DNA of 64,000 nt from the NCBI GenBank assembly GCA_965235115.1, contig OZ249436.1:4094001-4158000 (forward strand), read 5' to 3'. Position 1 is the first letter of the stretch; each line of letters opens with the position of its first letter. Source of the DNA: Laetmonice hystrix (Eukaryota). The notes under the pieces are model-generated. The model was not told the origin of the DNA, did no database searches, and worked only from the letters and a program-made list of their open reading frames with translations. Made by a program: the position numbers and the translations under genes. Below are positions 38,211 through 50,000 of the stretch, piece after piece.

Positions 38211-39757
38211 CCTTTCAATCTTCTCAATGAAGGACTTTTATACACAGTTCTGTTTGGAGATGCATGCTCATCCATTCAGACATCTTAAGATACGATGTGC
38301 TCTTCTACTAAAGTACCAGCAATTGCTACATAGAACAGTATTAACCGTCCAGTTGAAATTCTCTGAAGGATTCGTTTTCAAAGACATACGGTAACAAGAC
38401 AATGGGATAAAGGTTAAAATAATTTATTTTATTGCGCATCTAAAGAGGCAACAGGTAACGAGCCACCCACCCCCACCCCCACCCCCACCCCCGATGTCCT
38501 GCCAAGTTTCATCACGTGGAGAACTTAAAAAAGAAGTGTGGAATATAAAGGCTAGGGTACCAGTATGACCCAAGGCTTTTGACTTGTCACAATAAGAGTC
38601 TAATGATACTGATCACCTGTATTACCGATGTACTTATCCACCAATTGGTACAATGGCAAAAAAGAAAAGAAAAAAAGCTGAACAAATTACCAGCATTTTT
38701 ATGAGTGATCCAAGCAGTGTGTTCATGGATTCTTCTCTTCACATTGGGTGGAATGTTTTCTAAATTACATGTTTGCGTAAAATTGGTTAATGTCTGGCTT
38801 TTCTTTTTAAGGGCAACCTTATCTACTAAAGCTGATTAATTTATTTCTAAACGTGGAAAAAAGAAACTTCTGCATGCATATTTATGTCATAATACACACT
38901 TTAGCAGTAAAAGATTTTGTGTTCTTTTCAGTGAACAGTTTCCTCATAACCCATTATTTCTGGTGCTACAATTCCCAATTTGACCCAAGGCTTTTGACTC
39001 GTCATATAATATTTGTTCAAATATTAAATTTCTTTAATTACCAAAAGTGTGTGTACGTCAAATTAAATGGTTGTATTGTAATTCAGTTGAATTTGTATTT
39101 GGATTATTTTTGTCCCATGCAAAACAAACATCTTGTCTTCCAGTCACCAGTATCATTTTCATATCATCCTAAAGAGGCGTTAATCGTTACTCCTCCTAAC
39201 CCCACATCTTGTCTTACACTCTGTCTCATCCATCCAACTACTGCTATAAGCACCGTGAGACTTCCAAAACTGGACATTACACCTCCAACTTACATGTAAT
39301 ATTTCGACCATGTGTGCTCTTCACAATCTACATGTACCTGCCAAGTGTTTGTTAACCCAGAGCCTCTCGATCAATTTACATGAACCGTACCACAACAATG
39401 TCTGCGACTGCTTTCTACATGTATGCACAATAAAATCTACTTTCTCAAAATCTGGGTTCTATGTTCCAAACCTACCTATTCTCTTCACAAGGTATATTTG
39501 ACACAGGTAAATTGTTATGCACATCTCAAACTGATGTTTAACATCAAAAAGGCCTTCCATTTCAAATGCCATAGTTTTCCAAAGTACAGTCTGTAATATG
39601 TTTCAACGGGATACAATCATTCAGTCTCCTGCTGATCTGAAGGAGGCAATAATTATACTGTACACAAAGGAAAAATAGACTGTCAGACTCCAAACGACAT
39701 AGCCCACATGATCAGTATTTCAAATACAGTCACATGACATGCACACAATGTGGTTAA

Positions 39758-42671
39758 CTACTTGTCATCCTTTTTCTTCTGGACAGCAAAGTACATTTCT
39801 AGGGGTTTGTTCACCTTCCAATATTTTTCATTTACTTGTTCCAGTGTCATGGATCCTGTGAGTACAGTAAAGTTGCCTGGCGTTGATGCAATATAAATGG
39901 TGTATTTCTTCTGCTCAATCTCAACGCTTGTCCCTGAAACCAAGAGTTGATATGATAGTTAGTAGCTCACTAAATAGAACCTTGGATGAACCCATAAAAC
40001 CCCACAACATATAGTAACTGGCTATCATCAGATCAGAGACTTTTGCGACATGATAGTTTGAAAAATATACACATTCCTTATTAGTATTCATCTCTTTTAT
40101 GTTGGTTATTGGTCTTCATTATTTTGTTGTCATTCCTGCAGAACAATCTTCGTGCTTCTAGCTCTATGTGAAACCAATCCATTCAACATGAAAAAATAAA
40201 ATTTGGTGTACCTGATTCAGCTTCCTTCACTTTCTGGGCCTCCAGGGCTATTCGCAAGGCCAAATACTTGCACAGGTGGTCCACTGCAACATTTCATCAC
40301 AAATTTAAAATTAAATGCCTTAAATTTGCAACATTTCTATATATTATAACATAATGGCCCTGGTGACATTATCAATGATCAAAATTAACATGGGGCCCTT
40401 TTGTCTCTTAAAATAAGTAGCAATATACTCCATGGCTTACTTACTCTTAAAAGGTTGTGTGTCAACTAACCCAAAAATACTCTATGGCTTACTTTTAAAG
40501 GTTGTGTGTCAACCAACCCAAAAATACGCAGCAATATACTCCATGGCTTACTTGTACTTTTAATCGAAGGTTGTGTGTCAACCAACCCAAAAATAAGTGG
40601 CAATATACTCCATGGCTTACTTACTCTTAATCAAAGGTTATCTGACAACCAACCCAAAAATACAGCTGCACTTTACAAGACAAGAAGCCATTTACTTGCA
40701 AAACTACTGTCTGCATGTCAGCTTAATAATGTTCATCGGATCAAACATGGCATGTAATTCATACAAATTTCATACCTATTACAGTGCCTCCCCCAGGATT
40801 TCAGGAAGGCTGAATAATACGTCAGTAAAAAGGTGCACATTTTGCATGGGAGTGAGTGAGTGAGTGAGTAGTGGTGGTTTTCCGCCGTGCCGGCATCCCA
40901 CATTTTGCATGGGACAAGTGCCTAAGGCATCGGGGCGAGTGCCAGAGGTGTGAAGTGTTAGAGGGGGATCTGGGGTTTTAGCAAAGGAATTGATGCTATG
41001 GTAGTTATATGGATGCTATGGATTGATCAATTATGAATGATATTGTAAAATGTATAAATTTAGATATGTTCATAAGGCCACTTAAAATTAATAAATTGTT
41101 TTACATGGCCGGCCGCCTCAATTTTTTGGTGCCGCTTCGATTTTTTTTATATTTTATATTTTTCAAAAAGTCCGTTTTTTTCATCCCCAAAACCGTCTCC
41201 CACAGTTCTGTCAGGGTGTTACAGTTAAGTGACTCTCAATGTATAGAAGGGCTGTACAAAATGTTGAGATTTTGAGAAATTAAAAGTATTTTTCCAGTAT
41301 TGGTGATCTCTGCTGTCCTTCCTCTTGTCGAGGAAAAATATAAAATATAAAATATAAAATGCCCTACTCACCAACATTTCAGAAGTTGGAGTCATGTAAA
41401 ACAATTTATTAATTTTAAGTGGCCTAATGAATGAACTGGTTCTTTGAGGTCTGTGTAATGACACACTGACAGGTCAGCTGGGTCATTTCTTGATAACTTT
41501 GGGTATTATGAATTATATGGGGGAGGCACGGCACTGTCTGACAGGGACGGGGTGTAAAAAGGCAGGGTGCCGCACCCTGCTACTTTTCACTAGGGCAGGC
41601 ACTGCCTAAACTTCCCAGTAGGCTAGTCTGGCTAGTCTAAGTCTAAGCAGATATAAAGGCAACTTGTATTTGCCAGCTATATACAACAGTGGCGTACCCT
41701 GAAACTGGACCCAGAGGGGTGCTGGAAATAACCAACATCGTAGGCGCTGCAAATTGGGAGGGGGCTGTGGGCAACAAGCGCAAAAAAAAAATTGGGAAAA
41801 TTGAGGGGGGTGCTTGAGCACCCCAAGCACCCCCCTGGGTACGCCACTGTACACTGCCTAATCTTTAAACCACCAATGTTGTACCTGTGGCATTCGCTGT
41901 CGTTTTGACATATCTGGTGGCGTTGACATCACTCTGTTCCTCTTGTGGATGAGGTTTGAAGACAAGCTCGACGTCGTTTACCACCTTCTCCGGGGTACAC
42001 ATCGCGGCGATGACGGCATCTGGTACACTCTCCCCGGCCACAGACGTCGACGACCCGCCGTCCCCGAGCGACTGGTTCGATTCCCCAGCAGACTCTTCCG
42101 AAGGAGCACGAGGTCGTTTTCGGGGTGTTGCTTCATTTGCTGAAGAATTGGCACCATCCGTTTGTTCACCTGGCAAAACTTCACCTCCTTCCACGGGACC
42201 ACCATGCTTTCTCACCCTCTGCGCCCGGTTTCGGGCCTGCAAACGCATGACCTCTTTGAAGGTGTTTGTGAGCGAATTAGTGCTTGTCTGTTGCGTCAAA
42301 TTCTGCAGCACTCGTTCTTGGTGTGCTTCATATTCATCCCTACTTGGGTATATCTTGGAAATGAGGGCATCAAAATTTGGATCTGGTCGAAGAGACCGCT
42401 TCGAGACCAGTTTTTTGCGACAAGTGGGGCATTCCTTATTGCCCGATCGCAAGGCTGTGATGATACACTCCTGACAGAACCGATGCAAACACTCTTTTGT
42501 TGTCATTGTGTTCTTCAACATATCGAGACATATTGGGCACATTAGCTCGTTATGTAAGCTCTTTGGACTTACGGCAATCTCTGTAGTGTCTGTGATTGTT
42601 TCCTGTGGGGTTCTGTGGAGCTCATAAAGGCTTAATTCCCACGTTTTGCTCGGTACTGGTGGATGTTCCAT
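39758..42671 (-). CDS. RNF2: Polycomb PRC1 E3 ubiquitin ligase RING1/RING2 (Sce/RNF2 orthologue), 3 coding exons, 344 aa
   Basis: Exons (-): 41885-42671, 40212-40283, 39758-39933, total 1035 nt. N-terminus [83 protein letters not shown] domain [61 protein letters not shown]. The ORF-track start at 42701 is a GTG; the first ATG is at 42671. Confidence 0.96.
41076..41424. mobile_element. MITE with perfect 32-bp TIR and TAA duplication (PIF/Harbinger-like) in RING intron 1
   Basis: TAA|ggccacttaaaattaataaattgttttacatg ... catgtaaaacaatttattaattttaagtggcc|TAA. Confidence 0.85.
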
Positions 42672-44067
42672 GTTGATTTTCTTGGAGTGTCGCTTCTCCA
42701 CATCCGGGCACTTTCAGTGCGCTGAGTGATCTGACTGGTCCCCTGTTCAACTCCTATCTCAATCTCCGAGGAGAGGGAGGACTGAGCAGGGGACCAGTCA
42801 GCTGAATGATCTGCGTGTGAAACACTGGTGCGACATGAGAAATATCCTCTCACTCTCAGCTGTGTCTGGTTGCTCCAGATGGGAGAAAAACGCACCAGGC
42901 GCGTCAGAGTAGGGGAGGGGGCAGGGGGGGGGGAGCAGTTGCCCCCCACTTTTTCCTACACTACTACAGCAAAAAAAGTGAAAGGCGGCTAAGGCTATAG
43001 CCTTGGCTAGAAATAATAGGCCTTGGGCGGCCTGTGGCTGTGTTGAAATTTCCACTGAAAGTGACACCAAAACTCCCAAATTAATTTCATGACCAATGCC
43101 ATGGCAATGCCAGATAAAATTAATCAAATTCACTAATATTGTTCCCAAGAACGTTGTGGTAATAAAGAACCAAACATGTAGATCTCTATATCAAATTTAA
43201 TGACTTTTCCATGACTTCTCCTCGTTTTGGCCGCTACTCTGCAAATTCCATGACTTTTTCATAACTTTTGACATGACCGTGGCCGTGGCGTGGGATCATT
43301 GACTTGGACTTGGAAGTTGGAGTTGGAATCAGTGGCGTCCGTAGGCCCTATCCAGAATTTTTTTAAGGGGGGGTTTCCGAAGTTTAGGTACCGGTAGGCC
43401 TACTTCACACAGATGGCCATTAGCAATTGGAAATTTAACAAAAAGACATCAAATAAATATAAAATAGATCTAGGCCTACTAGGCCTTATTAATGCAATGA
43501 TCTTGGGACATCTTGTGACTTGTGAAGTTGTGTGGAAATATGAAGGTTTCCTTTGGTTAAAATAGATCTAATGCATTTTACACCCCTAGCTTTTTTTTTA
43601 CCAAAATTTCCTTAACATAGTATTTTTTTAAGGCGGGGGGTCTCCAGGCGGGGGGTCTCCAGGTGCGGATTCAGGGGGGCCGAGGGGGCCGCGGCCCCCC
43701 CTTTCGTCAGGGTACCAATCAGAAAAAAGGCAAAATTTTGTTGTTTGCAACTGTAAAAACAAACATTTTGCTTTCTCAGAATGCAGGAAATTTCAGGAAA
43801 TGCCATTTCAGAGACTATAGATGTTCAAAATTGTCCGGGGCATGCCCCCGGACCCCTACTAGGGCTCGCCCCCCCTTTAATTCCAACTGGACCCCCCTTT
43901 TCCAAAATCCTGGATCCGCCCCTGGTCTCGGGATAGGCCTACTTTGAAACCCCCCTGGCCACACTGCAGTGACTCTACCGGCCCTTTCACAGTTCATCCG
44001 CGATTATCTGCGCAGCAATTTGCAAGTCGGTCTCGCTTTCGAAATATCGGTTGATGATTGTCGCAAA
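42672..44067. promoter_or_regulatory. Putative bidirectional promoter region between RING1/RNF2 and E4F1
   Basis: Divergent start codons are about 1.4 kb apart, with a CpG-rich patch at about 43990-44120. Probably includes a RING 5'UTR intron. TSS not determinable from sequence. Confidence 0.5.
43660..43924. mobile_element. CAGGGGCGGATCC-type MITE family B, copy 1
   Basis: caggtgcggattcagg ... cctggatccgcccctg termini. The body is the reverse complement of 46520-46758. Confidence 0.75.
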
Positions 44068-47000
44068 ATGTCTTCCCCAACACAGAGCGACAGGCCGTCC
44101 TCCGACTCTCAACCGCGAAATGGTAGGCTATTTGATTTGTTAGTGTAAACAGAAGCACGTGGAAGACTATTTGAAATATCAAGATGCCAGTGACACCACT
44201 CAAATATAAAAAAATACTTGTATTGTTGTCAAAGAGTGGTGTCTACGACATAGCCTGTGTGAGTGTGTCAACTGAACAGTCTAACACTTAGTAACAGTGC
44301 GCTGATACGGGCAGTCCAACACCTCACCGTGAGTACTGAGTCAGTGAGTGTGAGTGTGACTGTCTGTGCTGTGCCGGGGGAGAGTGGCTGCAGTGCCGTG
44401 GCGGTGCCGCATTGTGCCATGGCTGGGGCGTGGGGGTGAGTGTGACTGTGAGTCCGTGGGCTGTCTGGCTGAAGTGTGGATGCGGCCGTGTTGATGTGCT
44501 GTCCAGTCCACTGACGTAGGCTGGGGGGGGGGGGGGGGTATACTTGGCCTTCGACACCTGGCATGATTCTAGGGCATTTGCCCCTGTAGGACTTTGCCCC
44601 CCTAGCTAAGACATTTGCCCCCCCAGACACCCCCCCCCACCCCACCCAGACATTAAACCCAGCAGGACTTCTGTCCCCCTCTAGAGGAGATCTGCCCCCC
44701 AGACATTCATCCCCCCCCCCCCGGACATTAACCTCCGTAGCCGGCGTAGGACTTCAGCCCCCTAGGACCCTAACCCTAACTCTAACCCTGTCCTAACCCC
44801 TCCGCGCAGGCACAGGTGGGGGGAATATCTGAGTTACATGGATGCAAATTGCAATGTCCGGGGGGGAATGTCTCTGGGGGGGGGGGGGAGATTTCCTAGA
44901 GGGGCCAAAGTCCTATGGGGGTACATGTCTGGGGGGGGGGGTGAATGTCTGGGGGGCAGATGTCCTAGGGGGCAAAAGTCCTATGGGGGTTAATGTCTGG
45001 GGGTGAATGTCTGGGGGGCAAAGTCCTACGGGGCTAATGTCTAGGGGGCAGATGTCCCAAGGGGGCAAAAGTCCTATGGGGGCTAATGTCCGGGGGGTGA
45101 ATGTCTGGGGGGGCAGATGCCCTAGGGGGGCAGGGGTCCACTAAGCCTGAAAGATGTCTTTGAAATGGTCGCTGAGCCCAAAGAGGTCTTTGCGGTGACG
45201 GGTGTTCCACTATCCTCCTATTCTCTAACATTGGCCCTGCAAAGTCGTCTTTCAAAAGACGTCTTTGCTAAAGACATCTTTCGTTAGTGGAACGGACCCC
45301 AGATGTCCGGAGGCAAATGGCCAGGGGGGAAGTGCCCTAGCTGATACCCACCTGGCATATCAGAATGCGTCATATTACATGAAATCCCATTGCAAGTTTT
45401 TGTTATTGCTTCCAGATTTTCAGCAGGATATCCAAGTCATGGCCATACAGGCAGTGCTGGCATCTGAAGAACTTCAAGAAGGGTCCACAACCAAAGATGT
45501 CAGAGCGGGTTCATACTCTATAGTGACAGCAGAGCCTGATATTGCTACATCTGCTCACATGACTGGCCAAGTCCAAGCTTCTCAACTTCAACCAGGACAG
45601 CATGTTGGCTACGATAGTGAAGGTAATCCAGTCATATTGCAGTTTCAAGTTGAGGATCCACAAACATTTCCGCTCAGTCCTCCTTCAGGTGATCATACAT
45701 TAAGTTTCAATCAGCCAACAATCGACCAACATGACCGTACAACTGAAGTTAGGGAGGAAGTTTCAGAGAGTTCCAAAACAGATTTACAAAAAGAAGGAAA
45801 TGAAGAAGAAGATACGGCTGAGAATGAAGAAGAAGGAAATCGTGAGGATGTCGAAGATACACACAGATGTGGGAAGTGCAACCTTGTGTTTACAAACCTT
45901 GAAGATTACATACACCATAAAGTGTATGGGGACAAATGCAAGGTGAGCGATATATCTAGGAATAAAACATTCAAGGTTTTATTCGGCCTCAACACCTTTT
46001 CATATAACAACGTCTCTGAGTTGCCTGCAGAGGTGTCCAATTTGAGGACCGTGTTATTCAACATAATACCTTCACAGGGTTTCCTGTAGTCCCTTTTTGG
46101 GGGAGACTCCCCCCTTCCCATTATTCAGCTACTCCTCCCAAAAAATTCCCAGGGAGAAATATTTTTCATTACTCTCTCCCCCCCCCCCCCAAACTCGCAG
46201 CATTCCCCCCAAAAGTCGAAAATCTCCAGGAAAGCCTGCTTCATTAGTCCATGAGCCAGATAGGTCGATCGGTACCAGTTTGGGGGGCAAATTCTCACTA
46301 GTACCATCTTGTAGTACTACCCAAAGGTAAATAAATTTGGTATGATAGACATTCCAAAGTAGTAGCTTAATGACTGTTTTACAGTGTTACATTTTACCAA
46401 GATATGCACCCATTCATACAAAGGATTTAGCTTATAACACTCGTAATAACCATGTATCAAGAATGGCCATAACGGGTTACTTTTACTTCCTATGAAGCAT
46501 AGAATTACTTCCTATCCAACAGGGGCGGATCCAGGAATTTGGAAAAGGGGGGGGGGGGGGCGGTTGGAAAAGTGGGCTGAGCCCTGCATGCTAGGGGGGT
46601 CGGGGGCATGCCCCGGACAATTTTGAACATTTATAGAGTCTCTGAAATGGTATTTTCTGCATTCTGAGAAAGCAAAATGTTTGCTTTTACAGTTGCAAAA
46701 AACAAAATTTTGCCTTTTTTTCTGATTGGTACCCCTCGCCCCCCTAAATCCGCCCCTGCCCAATATTATTTGGTGTAAGATTCAGATAAAATTTGTATTT
46801 GCATCTCTGAGATTTACTTTTGTATCATTTTGGATGATAGGACATGAATTCAATTTGAATTTTCCGTCTGGTTAGTCCTTTGAAGACGCTGGCATTAATA
46901 CAAAGAAACGTTATGTAAAGACATCTTGTTACATAAAGAACTCCTCGAGAACTTGAAACTGGTGAAAAACAATAAAACACCTGGCTCTGATGGTCTCCCT

Positions 47001-50000
47001 GCTGAATTTTACAAATTCTTCTGGACAGACACCAATTACCTTGTCTTTTCTTCACTAGTAAATTATGCCTACTCTGCTGGATATCTTTCTATTGAGCAGA
47101 AGCGTGGAATCATAACCCTAATCCCCCAAACGCGCAAAAATAAACTATTCATAACTAACTGGGGACCTATCTCTCTCCTTAATACTGACTATAAACATAC
47201 CACATACATGTGTATTATTAACGCGGATCAGACCGCCTATATCAAAGGTCGTTTCATTGGTGAAAATATCCGTGTCATATAGACGATATACTGTCCATTG
47301 CACAAGCACGCGGATTATCCTGCATTATAACTACGGTCGATTTTGAAAAGGCTTTCCATACTGTCTCCTGGACCTTCATTAATAAAACCCTTCAGGCCTT
47401 TAATTTTGGCCCTATTTTCCATAACTAGATTAAAATTTTATCCAACGACATTATTATATATGTACATCAATATCCAATAATAACGGACGTTTAGGTGCCC
47501 CCTTTCATCCACAGAGAGGGATACGTCAAGGCTGTCCTATTTCAGCTTATTTATTCTTGCTAGTTGCTGATCTCTTAGCTTCTCACATAAGAAAAGATAA
47601 AGATGTAAAAGGTGTCTTTATAAATGATGACGAAATTAAAATTACTCAAGTTGCTGATGATACTACACTAATTCTCCTTGATTGTCAGTCCCTAAAGAAT
47701 GCTGTTAAAATCTTAGACCTATTTTACTAATGCGCAGGCTTAAAAATTAATTTAAACAAAACAGTGGCAAAATGAATAAATTCTCCACCAAATATAAACT
47801 CAAATCTTTTTGGTATTATATGGACCAACGGAAATATACAGTCCATTGGTATTACTTTTGTACGCAGTGAGTTTGAATCATACAAGATAAACTTCAAAAC
47901 TAAGATCACTAATCTCCGTAACTTACTTAACGTTTGGCGTCAGAGAAATCTTTCAATAAAAGGAAACATCACTATAATTAATTCGCTTGCCATCTCTCCT
48001 ATTATCTATATGGCTCAAATAATTCGCGTGCCCACAAATGTTATCGTTGAAGTAGAAAAACTGTTATATGACTTTTTATGGAGTGGTGGTAGTTCAAAAG
48101 TTGCCAAAAGTGTCATCACTCAAACGATAGATAATGGTGGTTTGAAAATGGTGGATTTTTAACAGGTAAGCCAGGTCTCTCTTAAACCTACCTGAACACA
48201 AAACCATTCCATTTTTTCAATATACAGATATTGTGAGTTGAAAGCTCTGCCTCCCTTTTATAGGGAGTTATTAACCTTCTGGAATGATATAAAGAATGTT
48301 AACCCCCACCAATCGGGAACATTATTCTCAAACAATATATTTGGAATAACAATTCTCTATTAATTGGCAAAAAGCCCTTTTGTTGGAAACAATGGATTAA
48401 TATGGGTGTACTTTACATTTCTGACTTACTAACACTTGATTCTGACTTCATGTCGCATACTGATCTCCATACCAAGGGAGTCCGATGTAACTTTCTAGAC
48501 ATATGACAAATACGTCAATGTATACCCTTCGAGTGGAAGGTTATCCTATTTAAATATTCCAACGAATTCCAACGACCTCGGCCTCATTAAAGCTATTACT
48601 GCATTTGGGGTAATACAGAACCACGTGGAATTTGGTCATATTCTTGAATGACAGGCAGTGATGACTTGTGATACGCCAGTTGTGGATAGACGGGAGGAGG
48701 GGGGCAGGTCAGAGCTTTAATGAGGCCGAGGTCGAGGTCTTCTTAAAGCGAACAGACTATAGGGCCTACTACCTTATAAAAAAAGAGGAAGACTGTGCAC
48801 TGTTATGTAGGGCCTACTTATCAGGTTCTGTTCAAGAAAGTTCTACCCTGCTTGTATCATATAACAGTCTACTTGTATACAAATGATTATTTACCAAGCC
48901 TTAAATGTATATACTATAAATTGTTATATAACTATACTTTATCACATTTCAAGTTAGCCTATAACGGTTTAAAAGGAAAATAAAAGCCCGGATGCCTAAA
49001 TATATTGGGTAAACCAAGCTGATTGGCGATATATCCCCAATTTTGGAGTATAGCAAGTTGCACTGACCCACCCATGAAAACCTGTTGATATAACACATTA
49101 AGCTACTACTTGCAAATGTCTATCATGCAGAAATATTAACTAGGGATATCATACTTAACAAAAATGCATATTAGAATTTGCCCCCTAAACTGGTACCGAA
49201 TGGCCATTTTTGGCCTATCTGGCTCATGGACTACATGTCAATTGGTGGCTTGTAATGTTTCTGCTTCCAGATTTCCAGGATTTTTTAGATATTCTAAAAC
49301 CTGGGGGTTTTCCCCAATTTTATATCTATAGGTAAAGTATGGCAAGACATTCTTGGACAAACAAGCTCTGATGCCACAGATCCTTAGAGGAAGAGGGAGA
49401 GGGAGACCAGTCAGAGGTCGTGGACGACCTCGCAAGGTGGACAAACCTGCACAACTATCAGAAAATGAGCAAGTAAAAAAAGGTATTTTTATTTATTAAA
49501 TTGGAGGAAAAATGTTCAGAGGTAGAATAAAGGAAATTTTGTATTTTGGACTCGTTAGGTCAGTGCCAGTTTAATTGATCATTGGTCACGTGACTCAATG
49601 CACTTACAGCTCCTGCAGTACGGTTCAAGCGCTCCTTACAACTACACACACCTGACAACATTTATACAAATACTTCTTACAAATGCCCAAAATGTGACAA
49701 GACATTCCGTCGAGAGGCTGCTCTCAACCGACATGTAGAATATGACCATGTAAAGAAGGAGGACGTGGAAGTTGATGAAGAAGATGAGGAAGATAAAGAT
49801 TCAGAAGGCAGAGAGGATTTCAATGAGGAGCAGAATGTGGATTGGACAAGTGGTGGATCACTGAAGCCATATGGTTGTACACATTGTGGAAAGTATTTTA
49901 GAGAGGTAGGTGTCGCTAACTATCACTGTATCAGACAAGTACGGTGAAGTACCAGATGTATTGATAGTCTAATTGGTGCCGGGCGGGCGTGGGCACATCC

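Noticed and set aside
37170..38288. Overlapping 150-340 aa ORFs in six frames
   Set aside because: Artefact of the 21-bp stop-poor repeat.
41943..42545. Plus-strand ORFs overlapping RING exon 1
   Set aside because: Antisense shadows of the conserved RING coding exon.
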